A DNA stretch of 64,000 nucleotides from Narcine bancroftii (Eukaryota), in the NCBI RefSeq assembly GCF_036971445.1, contig NC_091470.1, positions 203,608,001 through 203,672,000 of the forward strand, written 5' to 3'. The notes beneath the pieces are model-generated. The model was not told the origin of the DNA and did no database searches. It worked only from the letters and a program-made list of their open reading frames with translations. Position numbers and translations under genes: made by a program. Shown here piece by piece: positions 60,901 through 64,000 of this stretch (the first letter of the stretch is position 1; each line of letters begins with the position of its first letter).

Positions 60901-63184
60901 TCAAAGGAACTTCAGCCATTCACAGGGATAACATCCAAAATCCTGCTCCTCCTCCACTATCAGATTCCTCAACAATAAACTCAATCAGGGACTTAAAGGA
61001 TTTATTTTTCTCTTTGCATTGCAGTCAGTTTGTTTACATTTATTTGATTATATGTGTACATTGCAAAAAAAACATACACAATAAGTGGTAATTTATTGTA
61101 AAAAGAATCTTAGGGTTGTATGCAATGTCGTGTATGTATTTTGCCATTGCTTAGTCGCTCTGTTTCAGTTCCAACCTCAGGTGCTATCTGTGCGGAATTT
61201 GATTTCAAATTTATTGTCAATGTTGTTTGGAGTTTGATTCTGAATTGGTGCTGGAGGGAAGAAAGGAATGGTTTTTTTTGGTTTTTTTTTTAATTTTTTA
61301 TTTTTCACACCATAAATCACATTAGCCATGATATACACTCTTTCTTTTTCACACATTTACAGTGACTTTTTCTCCCCCCCCCTCCCTCCTCCCAAGCCAC
61401 CCCCCCACCCCCCCCCCCTCATCCATTTTAGGTATACAATCTAGGTTGCATTAATTCAGTCAGACAATGTTGTCATTCAACAAAAATACACCAGAAATTC
61501 TACAGAGTCCATTCTTTTCTTTCCTTCTCCTTCCATCAACTTAGGTAATGTTTGTCCCCGGTAGGTTTTCGCTATTGTATTTAATGTAAGGCTCCCATAC
61601 TTGTTCGAATATTTCAATATTATTTCTTAAACTATATGTTATTTTTTCTAATGGAATACATTTATTCATTTCTATATACCATTGTTGTATTTTCAAATTA
61701 TCTTCCAATTTCCAGGTTGACATAATACATTTTTTTGCTACGGCTAGGGCTATCTTAACAAATCTTTTTTGTGCATCCTCCAAATCAATTCCAAATTCTT
61801 TGTTTTTTATGTTACTTAGGAGAAAGATCTCTGGATTCTTTGGTATATTGTTTTCTGTTATTTTATTTAATATCTGATTGAGATCATCCCAAAATTTTTC
61901 TACTCTCTCACATGTCCAGATTGCATGAATTGTTGTTCCCATTTCTTTTTTACATCGAAAACATCTATCAGATACTGTTGGGTCCCATTTATTTAACTTT
62001 TGCGGTGTAATGTATAGTCTGTGTAACCAATTATATTGTATCATACGTAGCCTCGTATTTATTGTATTTCTCATCGTTCCAGAACATAATTTCTCCCATG
62101 TTTCCTTTTTTATCTTTATATTTAAATCTTGTTCCCATTTTTGTTTAGTTTTACCATTTGTTTCCTCATTCTCCTTTTCTTGCAGTTTAATATACATATT
62201 TGTTATAAATCTTTTGATTAACATTGTATCTGTAATCACATATTCAAGGTTACTTCCCTCTGGTAAACTCAAATTGCTTCCTAATTTATCCTTCAAGTAG
62301 GATCTCAGTTGGTAATATGCCAGCGCTGTATCTCCAGTTATATTGTACTTATCTCTCATTTGTTCAAAGGATAAGAATCTACTTCCTGAAAAACAATTTT
62401 CTATTCTTTTAATCCCTTTTTTTCCCCATTCTCTAAAGGAAAGGTTGTCTATTGTAAAAGGGAGTAGTTTATTTTGCGTCAATATTAGTTTTGGTAATTG
62501 ATAATTTGTTTTATTTCTTTCTACATGGATCTTCTTCCAAATATTGAGGAGATGATGTAATACTGGAGAAGTTCTATGTTGTACCAATTTTTCATCCTAT
62601 TTATATAATATGTGTTCAGGTATCTTTTCCCCTATTTTATCTAATTCTAATCTCATCCAGTCTGGTTTTTCCCTTGTTTGATAAAAATCTGATAGGTATC
62701 TTAATTGTGCGGCTCTATAATAGTTTTTAAAGTTTGGCAATTGTAAGCCTCCTTGTTTATACCATTCTGTTAATTTATCTAGTGCTATCCTTGGTTTCCC
62801 CCCTCTCCATAAAAATTTCATTATTTTCTTTAACTCTTTGAAGAATTAAGGAATGGTTGAAGGTAGAAGAAAGGCTTACTTGTAGCATAAACAGGGGCTG
62901 GATTGGTTTGAAGGGCTGCTTCTCAGATGCAGAACTCCTGAGTTGTTCCATGCTGTGGAAAAATAAACACCGAGTAGAGTGTGAAAACTCACTAGTTTCT
63001 CTCTCACTAGGAAAGCGAGGATGAAATTGCCTCCGAGCTGGAAGATTTCAAAGAAAAATCCGACAGTGGTTGCAGCGACTTTGGCAAGAAAAAGCGGAAG
63101 AAACGAAAGGAGAAGAAGGAGAAGAAAATCAAGCGTCGGAAAAAGGACCAGGGTGAGGACGAAGACGAGGAAGAAGGTCGCAAG
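50732..63184 (+). CDS. CHD3: Chromodomain-helicase-DNA-binding protein 3 (Mi-2 alpha), first three coding exons; continues beyond the window
   Basis: Exons 50732-50849 ([24 protein letters not shown]), 53192-53310 ([27 protein letters not shown]), 63011-63184 ([45 protein letters not shown]); phases compatible; resembles the CHD3/4/5 N-terminus and synteny picks CHD3. Confidence 0.88.
53910..56804 (+). mobile_element. Degenerate Gypsy remnant (same clade as 13824-25698): pol plus 3' LTR
   Basis: [72 protein letters not shown]; G-rich PPT near 56469-56485 and LTR about 56497-56804 with AATAAA, ending CTACA; no 5' LTR found. Confidence 0.82.
56805..58330 (+). mobile_element. Degenerate Penelope-like retroelement RT remnant
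   Basis: [47 protein letters not shown] remnants; likely continues from about 53850-53905 on the other side of the Gypsy insertion. Confidence 0.7.
61274..62847 (-). mobile_element. Young 5'-truncated L1-clade LINE (ORF2 C-terminus, 3' UTR, poly-A)
   Basis: [37 protein letters not shown], Cys/His motif [18 protein letters not shown]; one in-frame stop at 62597-62599; poly-T at about 61272-61305; TSD AAGGAATGGTT at 61263-61273 and 62848-62858. Confidence 0.92.
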
Positions 63185-64000
63185 GTAATGTTCACACTCT
63201 TGTGCTCTAATCACTCACGCTCCTTTTCTTCCTTGCATGGGTCTGACTCAGCTATCTGAGCACCTCCTCTGATTGCTATCCTTGAAAGTAAGAAATTTGT
63301 GAGATGGAAGCTGTGAATCTGCAAGTATCTGCTACTGTCACCTCTGCCCCAACCTTTTCCTACTTCATCCACAGTTAAGTCATGAATTTTAAAAAACATG
63401 TTGTCATTTGGACCCCTCACACCTGGTCTGTTGAGATTAGGGCATATATTTTGCCCTTGCACTTTTCAGTGCTGATTCCATGTTCCTATATTTCCCTCGT
63501 TGTCAAATCTATCAATCCTTGCCTCAAACAGATTTGGTCCTCCACAGCCCTCTTGGGTAGAGAGTTCCAAAGAATAGCCATCCTCTGTGGAAGAAATTTC
63601 TTATTTCTGACCTGAATAGTGAATCCCTTCATTTGTTCTTGTGACCCTTGGTGCTTGGAAATTGTAATTACTGAATCTGCCCTGTAATCCCCCATGATTT
63701 TGTCTTATTTCAAGAAGATAATGTCTCCTAACTTTGAAGGAGAACAGACCCAGTCTGCATTATTTCTCGTCGTAGGACGAGCTCCCATTGGCTCCCTCTC
63801 CCAAATCAGCATGGATTTGCTTAACAAATCTTCCAGAACTTTTTTGTGGATTTAACCAATGGAGTTTAACTATGGTGAGCCAGTCGATGGGGCATTTTTA
63901 GATTTTCAGAGGGGGTTTGATATGGTCCAACACAAGGGTTCGGAGTGTAAAATTGGAGAATGGGGGTAAAGGAGGCGCTGTACTGAGATGAATTGAAAGC

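Overview
Vertebrate nuclear DNA, GC-rich and intron-containing. The V-SINE, CR1, Rex and Penelope repeat content suggests a cartilaginous fish (inference). The window carries the block KDM6B(+, 3' part) - TMEM88(+) - NAA38(-) - CYB5D1(+) - CHD3(+, first three coding exons), in the same order and orientation as human 17p13.1; exon boundaries were read by hand from GT/AG sites and frame continuity. Between KDM6B and TMEM88 is a three-level nested insertion: a class I endogenous retrovirus (LTRs, PBS-Pro, gag-pro-pol-env, ATAC TSD) inside the integrase of a CsRn1-type Gypsy element (PBS-Trp, AACC TSD), itself inside a LINE remnant. Also present are a second Gypsy remnant inside a Penelope-like element, a young 5'-truncated L1-clade LINE, hAT MITEs, many SINEs, minisatellites and one assembly gap. 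Most unusual: (1) an 18-unit array of YY1-type AARATGGC motifs with variable spacers in the KDM6B 3' UTR; (2) compensating frameshifts in two KDM6B exons that replace the JmjC catalytic segment without a stop (possibly assembly error); (3) degenerate hammerhead-ribozyme-like cores in Penelope-derived repeats. No prokaryotic features, CRISPR arrays, rRNA or tRNA genes were found.
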